NCBI GenBank assembly: GCA_965202805.1
Contig: OZ241869.1
Span: 576,001-640,000, forward strand
DNA from: Longimicrobiales bacterium
Lineage (GTDB): Bacteria; Gemmatimonadota; Gemmatimonadetes; Longimicrobiales; Gaopeijiaceae
Reading direction: 5' to 3'
Length of the DNA: 64,000 bases
Shown: positions 1-11,140 of the stretch, one piece after another
Position numbering within the stretch: position 1 is the first letter of the stretch
Layout of the letters: every line of letters starts with the position of its first letter
Made by a program: the position numbers and the translations under genes
Notes under the pieces: generated by a model
Told to the model about the DNA's origin: nothing
Seen by the model: the letters and a program-made list of their open reading frames with translations, nothing else
Databases searched by the model: none

Positions 1-3000
1 TGGCCGTGCGTCCACCGATCATGCCCATGTAGTGGCCCATCGCTCCTTCCATGGCCCAGATGGCGATGGTCTCCCGGAACAGGTCGTAGGCGTTGTTGGT
101 CGAAATCAGCACCGGCTCGTGGGCCGTCACCCTGAGTTCCCCGACCGGGAGCAGCGTCCGCGTGTCCTGGAGCAGGTCGTGCCCGCCCGGGTCCTCCGCC
201 ATGCCGGAGGTCAGTGCCAGGATCGAGGAGTCGGGCGTCTGCTCCAGCAGGAACGGCACCAGGGTAAGGTCCAGCATGGGCATCGCGCGCACGTCCACCG
301 CGGCGCGGCCAGCCGCGGGAATGCGCCCTGCCACGCCCAGCGCCGGGTCCAGCACTCCCTCCGGATCGATCTCGATCACCATCTCAAGGCCCGGCTGGAT
401 GACCTCCCCGGGGATTTCGGCGTTGGCGGAGGCCGCGAGGTTGCCCTCGTCCACCTCGGTCGGGATGGGAACCGCGGAAGACGCGATGTCCGCCACGTGC
501 GCCTCCACGCCGCCGAGGTAGAACCTCGCCCGCACCGGGGGCATGCTCGCGCCGCCGGGGCGCGCGGCGGTGACGAATACTCTCAGGAGCGCCGGGCGGC
601 CGGCGACCAGCGGAACGGGGTACGAACGCGATTGCACCGCCTGGGTCAGATACGCCGGCGCGGGCTCGCTGTCGAGGCACCTGATCACCCGCCGCTTGGG
701 CACGGTTCCGAGCCAGCGCAGGAACGCGTCGTCGGGGGGCGCGCAGAGGTCCGTTCCTCCCGCCGCGAGCATGTCCATGTTCAGCTCCGTCAGCCGTTCC
801 GGGAGCGGTCCGGAGAGGCCGGCATTGTCCGTCACGTCGAACTCGCGGAGGTGGCTCATCTCTCCCACCTCGGGCGGGATCGGACCGCTCAGGTCGTTGC
901 GGCCCAGCAACAGTCGCACCAGACGCGCCAGGCCGCCGAACTCGGCCGGGATCGCACCGGTGAGGGCATTGCCTCTCAGATCCAGGTCGATTGCCCCGAT
1001 CAGGCGTCCCAGCTCGAGCGGGATCGGGCCCGTGAGGTTGTTGTCGGCAAGCGCCAGGTAATCGACGCGTACGAGGGAGCCGAGTTCCGGGGGGATGGGG
1101 CCCGTCAGGTTGTTCGCGGCGAGGTTCGCATAGAGGAGGTTGTCGAGACTGCCGAGTTCCGGAGGCAGCGGGCCCGCAAGATCGTTGTTCCAGAGGACGA
1201 GGACCTGCAACTCGTCCAGCATTGCCAGTTCCGGGGGGATCGAGCCTGTGAGCTCGTTGCCTCCAAGACCCAGCCGGCGGAGGCTCGACAGGCTCCCCAG
1301 TTCCGGGGGGATCGAGCCCGTCAGATTGTTGAGGGCGAGACTCAGGGACTCCAGCGCGGCCAGGTTGCCCAGTTCCGGCGGGATCGCACCCTGGAGCGCG
1401 TTGTCGTCGAGCGTCAGCGAGGTGAGGTTGGCCAGGTTGCCCAGCTCCGCGGGTATGGGTCCCGACAGCTCGCTGTATGCGAGTACCAGGACACTCAGCT
1501 CGGCCAGATTGCCGAGCTCTGGCGGAATCGTCCCCGACAGGTCGGTGTTCGCGACGACGAGGCTGTTGAGGTTGAGGAGGTTGCCCAGCTCCGCGGGTAT
1601 GGGACCCCGCAGGCTGTTGTTCCAGAGGATCAGGTCCCGCAATGCGGAGAGGTGCCCCAGTTCCGCCGGAATCCGACCCTCGAGGCCGTTGTCCTGCAGC
1701 CGGAGCGCGGTCACCCGGCCCGCGGAATCCGTCTCGACGCCGTACCATTCGCCGAGCTCCGCGTCGGTCAGCCAGTTGTCGCGCTCGGTCCAGTCGGGCC
1801 CGCCCGTCGCGTCGTAGAGCGCCACGAGGGCATCGCGGTCGGAGGGAGGAGCACAGTTGACGCCCGTCCCCCGATGCCATTCGATCTCGCCGAGCCAGCC
1901 TCTGAAGTATGCGTCAGGCGGGACGCAGAGCTCGGTTTCCGCGTACTCGAACCACCGAAGGGGCACCGCCGAGAGGGACGGCGGCAGACGCCCGGAGAGC
2001 GCGTTTTCCGCGACCCGGAGCTCGGCCAGCAGTGTCAGCTCGCCCAGGTTCTCGGGCAGGCGGCCGGTCAGGCCGTTGCCGGTCAGGTCGAGCGCCGTGA
2101 CCCGGCCCAGCGCGTCCGTGCCGACGCCGTACCGCTGAGACGCGGGGGCGCCCTCGCGCCAGCCGGTGGCATTCGTCCATTCCTCGCCCCCGGATGCCAG
2201 GAAGAGCGATTCCAGCACGCGCAGGTCGGACTGGTTGCAGAACGGTCCCTGGGCTCCCCCCTTCATGGCCGAAATCCACGCGGTGAACTCCGGCGAGCCG
2301 GGCGCGCAGAGCCCGCTGTCCTGGGCGAAGTAGAAGCGCCTCAGCCGATCGAGTTCCAGGAAGCTCCGCGGAATCAGGCCCGTCAGGCGGTTCCGGTCGA
2401 GTTCCAGGTGGGTGAGGCTGGCCAGGCTGCCGAGCTCCGGCGGGACGGTGCCTTCCAGGTCGTTGTTGAAGAAGCCGAGGAACGACAGGTTGGACAGCTC
2501 GGCCAACTCCGGGGGAATCGGGCCGCTCAGATGGTTGGACGCGAGCTGCAGCCGGGACAGGCTGGCGAGTCCGCCGAGCTCCGGCGGGAGGGAGCCAGCC
2601 AGGTTGTTCCGGTAAAGCTCGAGTTCGGTCACGTTCCCGTCGTCGTCAACCTCGATCCCCAGCCACTCCTCCAATGGAGCGTCGGAGAGCCAGCCCTCCC
2701 GGCCGTACCAGTTCGGGCCGCCGGTGGCTTCGTAGAAGAGGATGAGGATCTGGCGGTCGGAGAACGGCTCGACCGTTACGTCGACGATCTGATTGGCCGC
2801 CAGCCCGCCGGGGTCGCGGGCGGTCACGGAAACTCTGGCCGTTCCCGGTCCCGCGGCGTAGATGGTGAGCGTGCTGTCCGCCATGGAGGCGGAGGCGATG
2901 GTCGTGTCCGAGCTCGCCGTCGTGAAGGTGAGCGGCTGTTGGTCGGGGTCGCTGAAGAAGAGCGCCGCGTTCAGCGTGACCGTGTCCCAGGGCTTGAGGT

Positions 3001-3160
3001 TCTGGGCGGGAATCGCGCGCTCGGCGGCCGGCGGGCGGTTGAGGGGTGCGACCGGTTCCTCGTCGCCGCAGGACGCGGCCCACGCCAGGCCGGCGAGCGC
3101 AAGCACGTATGGTGCGCCCCTCCGGAGGATCGTCCGGTCGCTGCGGATCGGTCCGGTCAC
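1..3160 (-). CDS. Leucine-rich-repeat lipoprotein with N-terminal Ig/cadherin-like domain; 3' end runs off the window
   Basis: Missing from the ORF track because there is no stop in the window. Manual translation from GTG 3160 gives MTGPIRSDRTILRRGAPYVLALAGLAWAASCGDEE (lipobox AASC), NRPP..FSDPD, three LRR blocks capped by DRxxLxxLYxATGGxxW-like motifs, many LxxLxLxxNxLxGxIPxELG repeats, then a non-LRR domain (YLTQAVQSRSYPVPLVAGRPALLRVFV). Confidence 0.85.
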   Translation of the reverse strand, partial: MTGPIRSDRTILRRGAPYVLALAGLAWAASCGDEEPVAPLNRPPAAERAIPAQNLKPWDTVTLNAALFFSDPDQQPLTFTTASSDTTIASASMADSTLTIYAAGPGTARVSVTARDPGGLAANQIVDVTVEPFSDRQILILFYEATGGPNWYGREGWLSDAPLEEWLGIEVDDDGNVTELELYRNNLAGSLPPELGGLASLSRLQLASNHLSGPIPPELAELSNLSFLGFFNNDLEGTVPPELGSLASLTHLELDRNRLTGLIPRSFLELDRLRRFYFAQDSGLCAPGSPEFTAWISAMKGGAQGPFCNQSDLRVLESLFLASGGEEWTNATGWREGAPASQRYGVGTDALGRVTALDLTGNGLTGRLPENLGELTLLAELRVAENALSGRLPPSLSAVPLRWFEYAETELCVPPDAYFRGWLGEIEWHRGTGVNCAPPSDRDALVALYDATGGPDWTERDNWLTDAELGEWYGVETDSAGRVTALRLQDNGLEGRIPAELGHLSALRDLILWNNSLRGPIPAELGNLLNLNSLVVANTDLSGTIPPELGNLAELSVLVLAYSELSGPIPAELGNLANLTSLTLDDNALQGAIPPELGNLAALESLSLALNNLTGSIPPELGSLSSLRRLGLGGNELTGSIPPELAMLDELQVLVLWNNDLAGPLPPELGSLDNLLYANLAANNLTGPIPPELGSLVRVDYLALADNNLTGPIPLELGRLIGAIDLDLRGNALTGAIPAEFGGLARLVRLLLGRNDLSGPIPPEVGEMSHLREFDVTDNAGLSGPLPERLTELNMDMLAAGGTDLCAPPDDAFLRWLGTVPKRRVIRCLDSEPAPAYLTQAVQSRSYPVPLVAGRPALLRVFVTAARPGGASMPPVRARFYLGGVEAHVADIASSAVPIPTEVDEGNLAASANAEIPGEVIQPGLEMVIEIDPEGVLDPALGVAGRIPAAGRAAVDVRAMPMLDLTLVPFLLEQTPDSSILALTSGMAEDPGGHDLLQDTRTLLPVGELRVTAHEPVLISTNNAYDLFRETIAIWAMEGAMGHYMGMIGGRTA

Positions 3161-3190
3161 TCCGGTGGGGCGCGGAAGGTGGTGGGCACG

Positions 3191-4993
3191 CTACAGGCCG
3201 CCGGGGGGCCGGCGGGGTGGGCGGGTGGGACGCGCGGTCGCGCGTGGGGCCGGGGCCGGTCGGGGTCGTGCGCTGGCTGCCGGGGCCGGTCGGGGTCGTG
3301 CGGCCGGTGGTGCCGAGGGGCGTGGCCGAACGGCCGGGCTCGGTCGGGACTGGGCGCGGGGGGCGGGAGTTGGCCGGGAGCGCACGTTCGGTGGTGCCGA
3401 CGCCTGAGGCCGTGGGCGCGGGGTGCTGGGCCGGGGCTGGACGCGGGGCGTACCGGACCGCGGCTGGGCACGGAGGGCCGGAGTTGGCCGGGAGCGCACG
3501 TTCGGTGGTGCCGACGCCTGAGGCCGTGGGCGCGGGGTGCTGGGTCGGGACTGGACGCGGGGCGTACCGGACCGCGGCTGGGCACGGAGCGTCGGGGTTG
3601 GTCGGGAGCGCACGTTCGGTGGTGCCGACGCCTGAGGCCGTGGGCGCGGGGTGGTGGGCCGGGACTGGACGCGGGGCGTACCGGACCGCGGCTGGGCACG
3701 GAGGGCCGGGGTTGGTCGGGAGCGCACGTTCGGTGGTGCCGACGCCTGAGGCCGTGGGCGCGGGGTGGTGGGTCGGGACTGGACGCGGGGCGTACCGGAC
3801 CGCGGCTGGGCACGGAGCGTCGGGGTTGGTCGGGAGCGCACGTTCGGTGGTGCCGACGCCTGAGGCTGCGGGCGCGGGGTGGTGGGCCGGGTCTCGACGC
3901 GGGGCGTACCGGACCGCGGCTGGGCACGGAGCGTCGGGGTTGGCCGGGAGCGCACGTTCGGTGGTGCCGACGTGCGGGGCTGGGCGCGTGGGGTGCCGGG
4001 TTGCGACTGGATGCGCGGCGTCGCGGTCCGTGTCCCGGGACGGGCGGCCTCTGTGGACCCCCCGCTCCCTCGCGGCCGAGCGGTCTTGGGCGACGTGGGC
4101 TCCGGACGCACGACGCGCGGTCGCGTGCTCACGCCCGACCGTCTCTCCACCGCGCGCGAGGAGGAGGCCGCCGACCGGTCCGAAACCCGGGCCGCGGTAG
4201 TGCGCGGCGCCACCCGCGCCGTGCGCGCGACCGCCGTCCGCCGCGGGTTTTCCTTGTACCGGACCCCCGCGGAGGGAGCGCCCACGTATCCCGACCCGTA
4301 CGCCAGTCTGCCTCCACTCACGTAGCGGTATCGCGGCGCGTAGTAGTGGGAGCCGTAGCCGTAGCGGACCGGATGGGAGTAGTAGGACGGGTAGCCATGG
4401 TAGACGGGATAGCCGTAGTAGGCGGGATGGGAGTACCCCGCGTAGTAGCCCCGACTGCGCCATCCGAACCCGAGCCAGCCGCCTCCGAACCAGCCGCTTC
4501 CGAACCAGCCGCCTCCAACCCAGGGGTCGAAGGCGTACCAGGAGCTCCAGAACGGGTCGTTCCAGGCGAACCAGGGGCTGTAATAGCCGGGGTAGTGCCA
4601 TCCGAAGCCGAACGAGATCGCCAGCCCCCAGCGGCTCACGCGGCGCCGGCAGCGGTGCACCGAGTAGTCGTACCGGTCGATCCAGCCGTAGAGGTAATCC
4701 CCCTGATACCAGCGGCACCGAGGTCCGGAATAGTCGTATCCCGTGTACGAATCGACGTAGTAGCGGTCGCTCACCCCTACGCCGTAGAACACTTCCGCCG
4801 CCGGGGCGGGGGTCCGCGAGGGAAGGGAAGTCGACCGGTAGGCGAGCCCGACGCCCACGCCGTCCCAGACCGATGCGCCCACCGCGAAGGACAGGGAGGA
4901 CTCCCCGGCGAACTCCTGAGCCGCCGACGCTCCCGGGGTCCAGGCCAGCCCCGCCAACATCACCATCGCCGCATTGCAGAGGATTCCTCGCAT
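3191..4993 (-). CDS. Exported low-complexity protein: Tyr/Trp/Gly-rich region then Pro/Arg-rich 38-aa tandem repeats
   Basis: ATG at 4993 with GGGAGGG RBS; signal-peptide-like start (MRGILCNAAMVMLAGLAWTPGASAAQE); part of ORF 3191..5098. Confidence 0.7.
   Translation of the reverse strand: MRGILCNAAMVMLAGLAWTPGASAAQEFAGESSLSFAVGASVWDGVGVGLAYRSTSLPSRTPAPAAEVFYGVGVSDRYYVDSYTGYDYSGPRCRWYQGDYLYGWIDRYDYSVHRCRRRVSRWGLAISFGFGWHYPGYYSPWFAWNDPFWSSWYAFDPWVGGGWFGSGWFGGGWLGFGWRSRGYYAGYSHPAYYGYPVYHGYPSYYSHPVRYGYGSHYYAPRYRYVSGGRLAYGSGYVGAPSAGVRYKENPRRTAVARTARVAPRTTAARVSDRSAASSSRAVERRSGVSTRPRVVRPEPTSPKTARPRGSGGSTEAARPGTRTATPRIQSQPGTPRAQPRTSAPPNVRSRPTPTLRAQPRSGTPRVETRPTTPRPQPQASAPPNVRSRPTPTLRAQPRSGTPRVQSRPTTPRPRPQASAPPNVRSRPTPALRAQPRSGTPRVQSRPTTPRPRPQASAPPNVRSRPTPTLRAQPRSGTPRVQSRPSTPRPRPQASAPPNVRSRPTPALRAQPRSGTPRVQPRPSTPRPRPQASAPPNVRSRPTPAPRAQSRPSPAVRPRPSAPPAARPRPAPAASARPRPAPAPRATARPTRPPRRPPGGL
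3370..3972. repeat. Coding tandem repeat, 114-bp unit, about 5.3 copies
   Basis: CGCACGTTCGGTGGTGCCGACG recurs at 3381, 3495, 3609, 3723, 3837 and 3951, an exact 114-bp period. Confidence 0.95.
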
Positions 4994-5138
4994 GATTCCC
5001 TCCCGGGGCTTCAGGTCATAATGGAGGACCTGACGCAGAAACCGTGCCATCCACAATCTCCTTGAAATGAGCCCCCCGAGCGCCCGCAAGCGTCCCATTT
5101 CCGGGACGATGCCGGACCGGGAATGCGACAGGCCCGGC

Positions 5139-5261
5139 CTATGGACCCCGCGAGCGCAGCCACCACTCGATCATTCCCAGAGCCAGCACGAGCAGGAAGG
5201 GCGTCAGAACCAGCACCAGCTTGAAGCTGCCCTGGCGTCGATCCTCCTTCGTACGTCGCAC
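5139..5261 (-). CDS. Small single-pass membrane protein (40 aa)
   Basis: GTG start with GGGAG upstream; MRRTKEDRRQGSFKLVLVLTPFLLVLALGMIEWWLRSRGP*; below the ORF-track size cutoff. Confidence 0.6.
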   Translation of the reverse strand: MRRTKEDRRQGSFKLVLVLTPFLLVLALGMIEWWLRSRGP

Positions 5262-5412
5262 TTCGGCTCCCGTTGATCCCCGGCCGGGCTCATGCAACCC
5301 GGCAATCGCTTGTTAGCGCCCTGCGCCCGCGGTAAACTTCGCGGGTCCTTCAGCCCCTGCGAGTTCGCGCTCGCCGGAACTCATTCCTGTATCCTACCTC
5401 CCCTGAAGCCTC

Positions 5413-6648
<1,236 letters not shown>

Positions 6649-6658
6649 GCGGAGGCAC

Positions 6659-8149
6659 ATGCGGGTAGAGGTCGTTCGCGGGCCGTCCGGCCGGCATGAC
6701 ACGCCGCTCCTGGCGGGGTTTCTGTTCGAGGGCCGGGACGCCCCCTCCCTGGCCGTCCCCGGCTCCGTTCTGGCCCGCTCCGCGGCGCGCGCCGCGGGCG
6801 ATCTGCGCGGCCGCTCCGGAAGCAGCCACCTGTTCCACGCCGACCCCGGCGATGCCGGCCCGCTGCGTCTTCTTCTGCTCGGCGCGGGGAAGCCGGACGA
6901 CTGCGATCCGGAGGTCATCAGGCGGCTGGCCGCGCGCGCCGTGCGCAAGGCGTCCGAGCTGGGAATCGAACGGGTCACCATCGACGGGACGGGGGCCCCC
7001 TCGATCGGGCCGGAGCGCTTCGGCCAGGTGGTGGCGGAGGGCGCCGTCCTCGCGGGCTGGCGCTTCGACGAGCTGAAGACCCGGCCCGGCGAGAAGGACC
7101 CGCCCGCCTCGACGGTCACGACCGTGGAGATCGCGGCGGAATCCGACTTCGCTGCGACGAAATCGGGCGCCCGCGCGGGGGCCGTCATGGCGGAGGCGGA
7201 GAACTTCGCGCGCACCCTCCAGTCGCGGCCCGGCAACGTGGCCACGCCCGGCCACCTGGCCGACAGGGCGAGCGATCTGGCCTCGGAACCGGGTCTCGGG
7301 GTGCGGGTGCTCGGACCCCGCGAGATGCGCGACGAGAACATGCAGGCGCTCCTGGCCGTCGCGCAGGGCTCGGCCGAGGAGCCGCGGCTGATCGTCCTCG
7401 AGTATCACGGCGGAACCCGCGGCGATGCTCCGCTGGTACTGGTGGGCAAGGGGCTGACCTTCGACGCGGGCGGCATCTCGCTCAAGCCGGCCAAGGGCAT
7501 GGAGAACATGAAGTTCGACATGTCGGGCGGAGCCGCCGTCCTGGGCGCCCTGAGAGGCATCGCCCGCCTCGGTCTGGACGTGAACGTGGTGGGCATCGTC
7601 CCCAGCTCGGAAAACCTCGTCAACGGAAGCGCGGTCAAGCCGGGAGACGTCATCGGGTCCCGGGAGGGCAAGACCATCGAAGTGATCAACACGGACGCCG
7701 AAGGCAGGCTGATTCTGGCCGACGCCCTGTCGTACGCGCGCACCTTCGAGCCGGAGGCCATCGTGGACTGCGCCACCCTGACCGGCGCCTGCGTCATCGC
7801 GCTCGGACACCACGCATCCGCGGTACTGGGCACCGATGACGCCCTCGTGGAGGAGCTGCGCGCCGCCGGCGACCTGAGCGGCGAGCGCTGCTGGCCGCTG
7901 CCGATCTGGCCGGAATACCGCCGCCAGCTCGACAGCCATACGGCCGATCTGAAGAACGTGGGCGGGCGCCCCGCCGGCACCATCACGGCCGCCTGCTTCC
8001 TGCGCGAGTTCGTGGGCGACGCGAAGTGGGCCCATCTCGACATCGCCGGCACCGCGTACGGGGAAGGGAAGCTGCCCTACCAGCGGCCCGGCGGCTACGG
8101 GGCTCCGACCCGACTGCTCATCGAGTGGGTGAGGAAGCGGAGCGCGTGA
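6659..8149 (+). CDS. pepA: Leucyl aminopeptidase (M17)
   Basis: VGKGLTFDAGG, MKFDMSGG, NTDAEGRL, WAHLDIAGTA. Confidence 0.95.
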   Translation: MRVEVVRGPSGRHDTPLLAGFLFEGRDAPSLAVPGSVLARSAARAAGDLRGRSGSSHLFHADPGDAGPLRLLLLGAGKPDDCDPEVIRRLAARAVRKASELGIERVTIDGTGAPSIGPERFGQVVAEGAVLAGWRFDELKTRPGEKDPPASTVTTVEIAAESDFAATKSGARAGAVMAEAENFARTLQSRPGNVATPGHLADRASDLASEPGLGVRVLGPREMRDENMQALLAVAQGSAEEPRLIVLEYHGGTRGDAPLVLVGKGLTFDAGGISLKPAKGMENMKFDMSGGAAVLGALRGIARLGLDVNVVGIVPSSENLVNGSAVKPGDVIGSREGKTIEVINTDAEGRLILADALSYARTFEPEAIVDCATLTGACVIALGHHASAVLGTDDALVEELRAAGDLSGERCWPLPIWPEYRRQLDSHTADLKNVGGRPAGTITAACFLREFVGDAKWAHLDIAGTAYGEGKLPYQRPGGYGAPTRLLIEWVRKRSA

Positions 8150-10224
8150 CGTCGAGCCGGCAAACCGCAGGTGCGCCCCGCTCCCCCGGAGGCGGGGCGT
8201 TCGCGTCTCCGGGCGCGGCCATCGCGATGCCCCGGAGCCTCCTGCGCGCGCTCCGATCCGGCGCCGTCCGGCTCGCCATCCTGTTCTGCCTGCTTCCCGT
8301 CCGATCCGCGGCCCAGGAACCCCCGGACACGGTGCCTCCCGCCGACACGGCAGCGGTCGACTCGCTGGCGGCAGCGGCCGACTCGCTCGCGCCGGTGCCC
8401 GACTCCCTTGCGCCGGTGCCCGACTCCCTGGCCGCGGACTCCCTCCTCGCCGCCGATTCCCTCGCGGACTCGCTCGTCGTGCAGCTCCTCCCGGAACTCC
8501 CCGATCCCTCCCGCGGCGGATGGGCCACCGGGGTGTGGGAATGGGACCGCGAGGCGCTGCTCGGCAACCAGGCGCTCTCGCTCGCGCAGCTTCTGGATCA
8601 GATTCCGGGGACCATCGCGTTGAGGGGAGGCGACTTCGGAACCCCCAACATCGTCACCGCCTTCGGAGGTGGCGGCGGGCGCGTGCGCCTCTATATCGAC
8701 GGCTTCGAGATGGTCCCGCTCCGGGCCGGCGCCCCCGACCTGGCTCAGTTCGGACTGGCCGGATTCCAGCATGTGCGCGTGCGCCGCTCCACCGATGGCC
8801 TGCGGGTGGAACTGACGAGCCTCGAAGTGGATGACCCGCGACCCTATTCCCTCGTGGAGGTGGGAACCGGAGACCTTCAGACCAACATGCTGAGAGCGAC
8901 CTTTTCCCACCCCGCATCCCTGGGAGGCAGCCTTGCCTTCACCCTGGACCGCATCGACACCGAGGGCACCGGCCGCAAGGAGCCTGGAGCCACGACCGGC
9001 GGCTGGCTTCGCTACAGCCGCCACCTGGGATCGCGCCTGAGCCTGCGCGGGGAATTGCGCCGCATCTCGGCCTCCCGTCCAAGCGGGCTCTACACGCCGG
9101 CGCAGCAGGGCAGGAGCGACTGGAACCTGCGCGCGCGCGCCAACCTGCTTCCCGGCGTCACCGCCGAGGCCTTCACCGGAAGGTCCTCCACGACCGCTCC
9201 GGTGGACGAAGCGAACCCCGATTCGACCGTGGCCTCCTTCAGCCGCGGCCAGACGGGCCTCCGGCTCGCCGCCGAGCACGCCCTCGGAGAGCGTCTGGAT
9301 CTGTGGACCACCGGGCGCTGGGCGTTGATGGGCGGCGACGCGTGGCCCGAGCAGACCCTGGAGGTCGCCGCCGGCGTGAACACGTTTCTGGGAGGGGTCG
9401 AGGGCGACTGGAGGAGGGAGAAGTGGCTCGGGGAGAATCTCTCGCTGCGGAGCGTGCGCGCGTGGACCGCACCCGTGTTCGGCCTCTCGTTGTTCGGCGA
9501 GACCCGGGACGGCGCGACCGGGGTGCCCTTCCGCCTCTTCGATCCACGGGACACCATCCCGGAGATTCCCCGGCTCGCGGGGCCTCCCGTCTCCTTCACC
9601 ACCCAGCGGAGCTCCACCCGCATCGGCGCGCAGTTCGAGTGGCGCGGCCTGTCCCTCGGGGCGGCCCAGGTCGAGCTGGAGCAGGACCGGCTCACCCCCT
9701 TCGGGTTCCCCATGGACTCCGCGGGCGTGGTGCAGGAGGGCGGAAAGCGCTCGGGAATCGAGGCCAGCGCGCGGGTGCCGCTGTACTTCGACGGCCTCTA
9801 CGCCGGCCTGTCGTACCAGGTCTGGGACAAGGAAGCCCCCAACTGGCGCTATCTGCCGGAGGAGAGCTGGAACGGGCAGCTCGGATACCACAGGACCTTC
9901 CTTGCGACGGAGAACTTCGAGATCTGGACCGAAATCGGGGTTGAGGGACGCGAACCCATGGTCGTGCCGTTCATGGCGCCGGAGGATCCCGAGGGCGGAT
10001 CTCCCGGAGGAGAGGACGTCGCAGTCGAGACGGCTGCGCCCGGGTTCCTCACGGTGCCCTATCACCAGAGCTGGTATTTTCGCCTGCAGCTCCGGGTCCT
10101 GACCTTCCATCTCTTCGTGCTGACCGAGAACTTCACCGCCGAGCGGGAGCTGCAGGACTTCCCGGAGCGGTTTCTCCCCGGTGGACGCTCCATCTACGGG
10201 ATCAAGTGGACGCTGTGGAACTAG
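8146..10224 (+). CDS. Putative outer-membrane beta-barrel protein with TonB-receptor-like plug region
   Basis: Signal-like segment, plug-like LAQLLDQIPG...LYIDG, alternating beta-strand pattern, C-terminal IYGIKWTLWN. Start uncertain (GTG 8146 or ATG 8227). Confidence 0.65.
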   Translation: MTSSRQTAGAPRSPGGGAFASPGAAIAMPRSLLRALRSGAVRLAILFCLLPVRSAAQEPPDTVPPADTAAVDSLAAAADSLAPVPDSLAPVPDSLAADSLLAADSLADSLVVQLLPELPDPSRGGWATGVWEWDREALLGNQALSLAQLLDQIPGTIALRGGDFGTPNIVTAFGGGGGRVRLYIDGFEMVPLRAGAPDLAQFGLAGFQHVRVRRSTDGLRVELTSLEVDDPRPYSLVEVGTGDLQTNMLRATFSHPASLGGSLAFTLDRIDTEGTGRKEPGATTGGWLRYSRHLGSRLSLRGELRRISASRPSGLYTPAQQGRSDWNLRARANLLPGVTAEAFTGRSSTTAPVDEANPDSTVASFSRGQTGLRLAAEHALGERLDLWTTGRWALMGGDAWPEQTLEVAAGVNTFLGGVEGDWRREKWLGENLSLRSVRAWTAPVFGLSLFGETRDGATGVPFRLFDPRDTIPEIPRLAGPPVSFTTQRSSTRIGAQFEWRGLSLGAAQVELEQDRLTPFGFPMDSAGVVQEGGKRSGIEASARVPLYFDGLYAGLSYQVWDKEAPNWRYLPEESWNGQLGYHRTFLATENFEIWTEIGVEGREPMVVPFMAPEDPEGGSPGGEDVAVETAAPGFLTVPYHQSWYFRLQLRVLTFHLFVLTENFTAERELQDFPERFLPGGRSIYGIKWTLWN

Positions 10225-10252
10225 CAGCCCACGGACTGCAAAGGCGGCGCAG

Positions 10253-11140
10253 GTGATTCACAGCATGACGGGATACGGCGAAGCGGCGCGCGAGACCGAG
10301 CACGGCCTCCTGCGGGCGGAGATCCGCACGGTCAACCACCGCTTCTTCAACGCCCATCTGAGGACGCCTCCCGGATGCGAACGTCATCATGCGCGGATCG
10401 AGCGCTGGCTGAAGAAGTCGCTGCCCCGGGGGCACGTCAGCTACTCGCTGACGCTGGATCCCGGCGAGGAGGCCGAGCCGGAGCTGCTCGTGGACGTGGA
10501 GCGTGCCCGCGCCTGGGCTGGATCGCTCGAGCGTCTCGCCGCGGAGCTGGGGCTGGAGAACCGGATCGGGCTGGATGCGCTGCTGCGGCTGAAGGGCGTC
10601 ATCCGGAGCAGGGAACCGGCGCGTCGCCAGGTCGACATCGATGCAGACGACCTCCGCGAGGTGACGGAGGACGCGGCGAACGCGGCGGTCCGGATGCGGC
10701 GGGCGGAAGGGGAGCGCCTGGAGGCGGATCTCCTGGGCGTGCTGGCCGGCATGCGCGAAGAGCTCGACCGCGTGGAGGAACGGGCTCCGGCGCGTCTCGC
10801 CGGGGAGCGCGACCGCCTGAGCGCGGCCATTCAGGAACTGCTCGGCGACGTGGCCCCGGATCCGGACCGGATCGCCCGCGAGATCGCCCACCTGGCCGAG
10901 CGATGGGACATCAACGAGGAGATCGTGCGCCTGCGTTCGCACCTGCGGCTCTTCGAGGAGACGCTCGACGGAGCCGACGGAGCGCCGGTCGGCAAGCGGC
11001 TGGGCTTCATCATGCAGGAGATGCACCGGGAGGCCAACACCATCGGCGCCAAGGCCAACGACGCCCGCATGGCGGAGCGGGTCATGTCGCTCAAGGGAGG
11101 GGTGGAGCGCATCCGCGAACAACTGGAGAACATCCAGTGA
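10253..11140 (+). CDS. yicC: YicC/YloC family endoribonuclease
   Basis: IHSMTGYG, TVNHRF, DINEEIVRL, GKRLGFIMQEMHREANTIGAK; sits upstream of gmk. Confidence 0.93.
   Translation: MIHSMTGYGEAARETEHGLLRAEIRTVNHRFFNAHLRTPPGCERHHARIERWLKKSLPRGHVSYSLTLDPGEEAEPELLVDVERARAWAGSLERLAAELGLENRIGLDALLRLKGVIRSREPARRQVDIDADDLREVTEDAANAAVRMRRAEGERLEADLLGVLAGMREELDRVEERAPARLAGERDRLSAAIQELLGDVAPDPDRIAREIAHLAERWDINEEIVRLRSHLRLFEETLDGADGAPVGKRLGFIMQEMHREANTIGAKANDARMAERVMSLKGGVERIREQLENIQ

Noticed and set aside
3370..3972. Regular repeats as a CRISPR array
   Set aside because: Whole 114-bp units repeat in frame within a CDS; there are no unique spacers and no cas genes.
32..5065. 1677-aa plus-strand ORF and the many other long antisense ORFs in the window
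   Set aside because: Shadow ORFs of real opposite-strand or other-frame genes in high-GC DNA; Arg/Gly/Pro-rich with no motifs.
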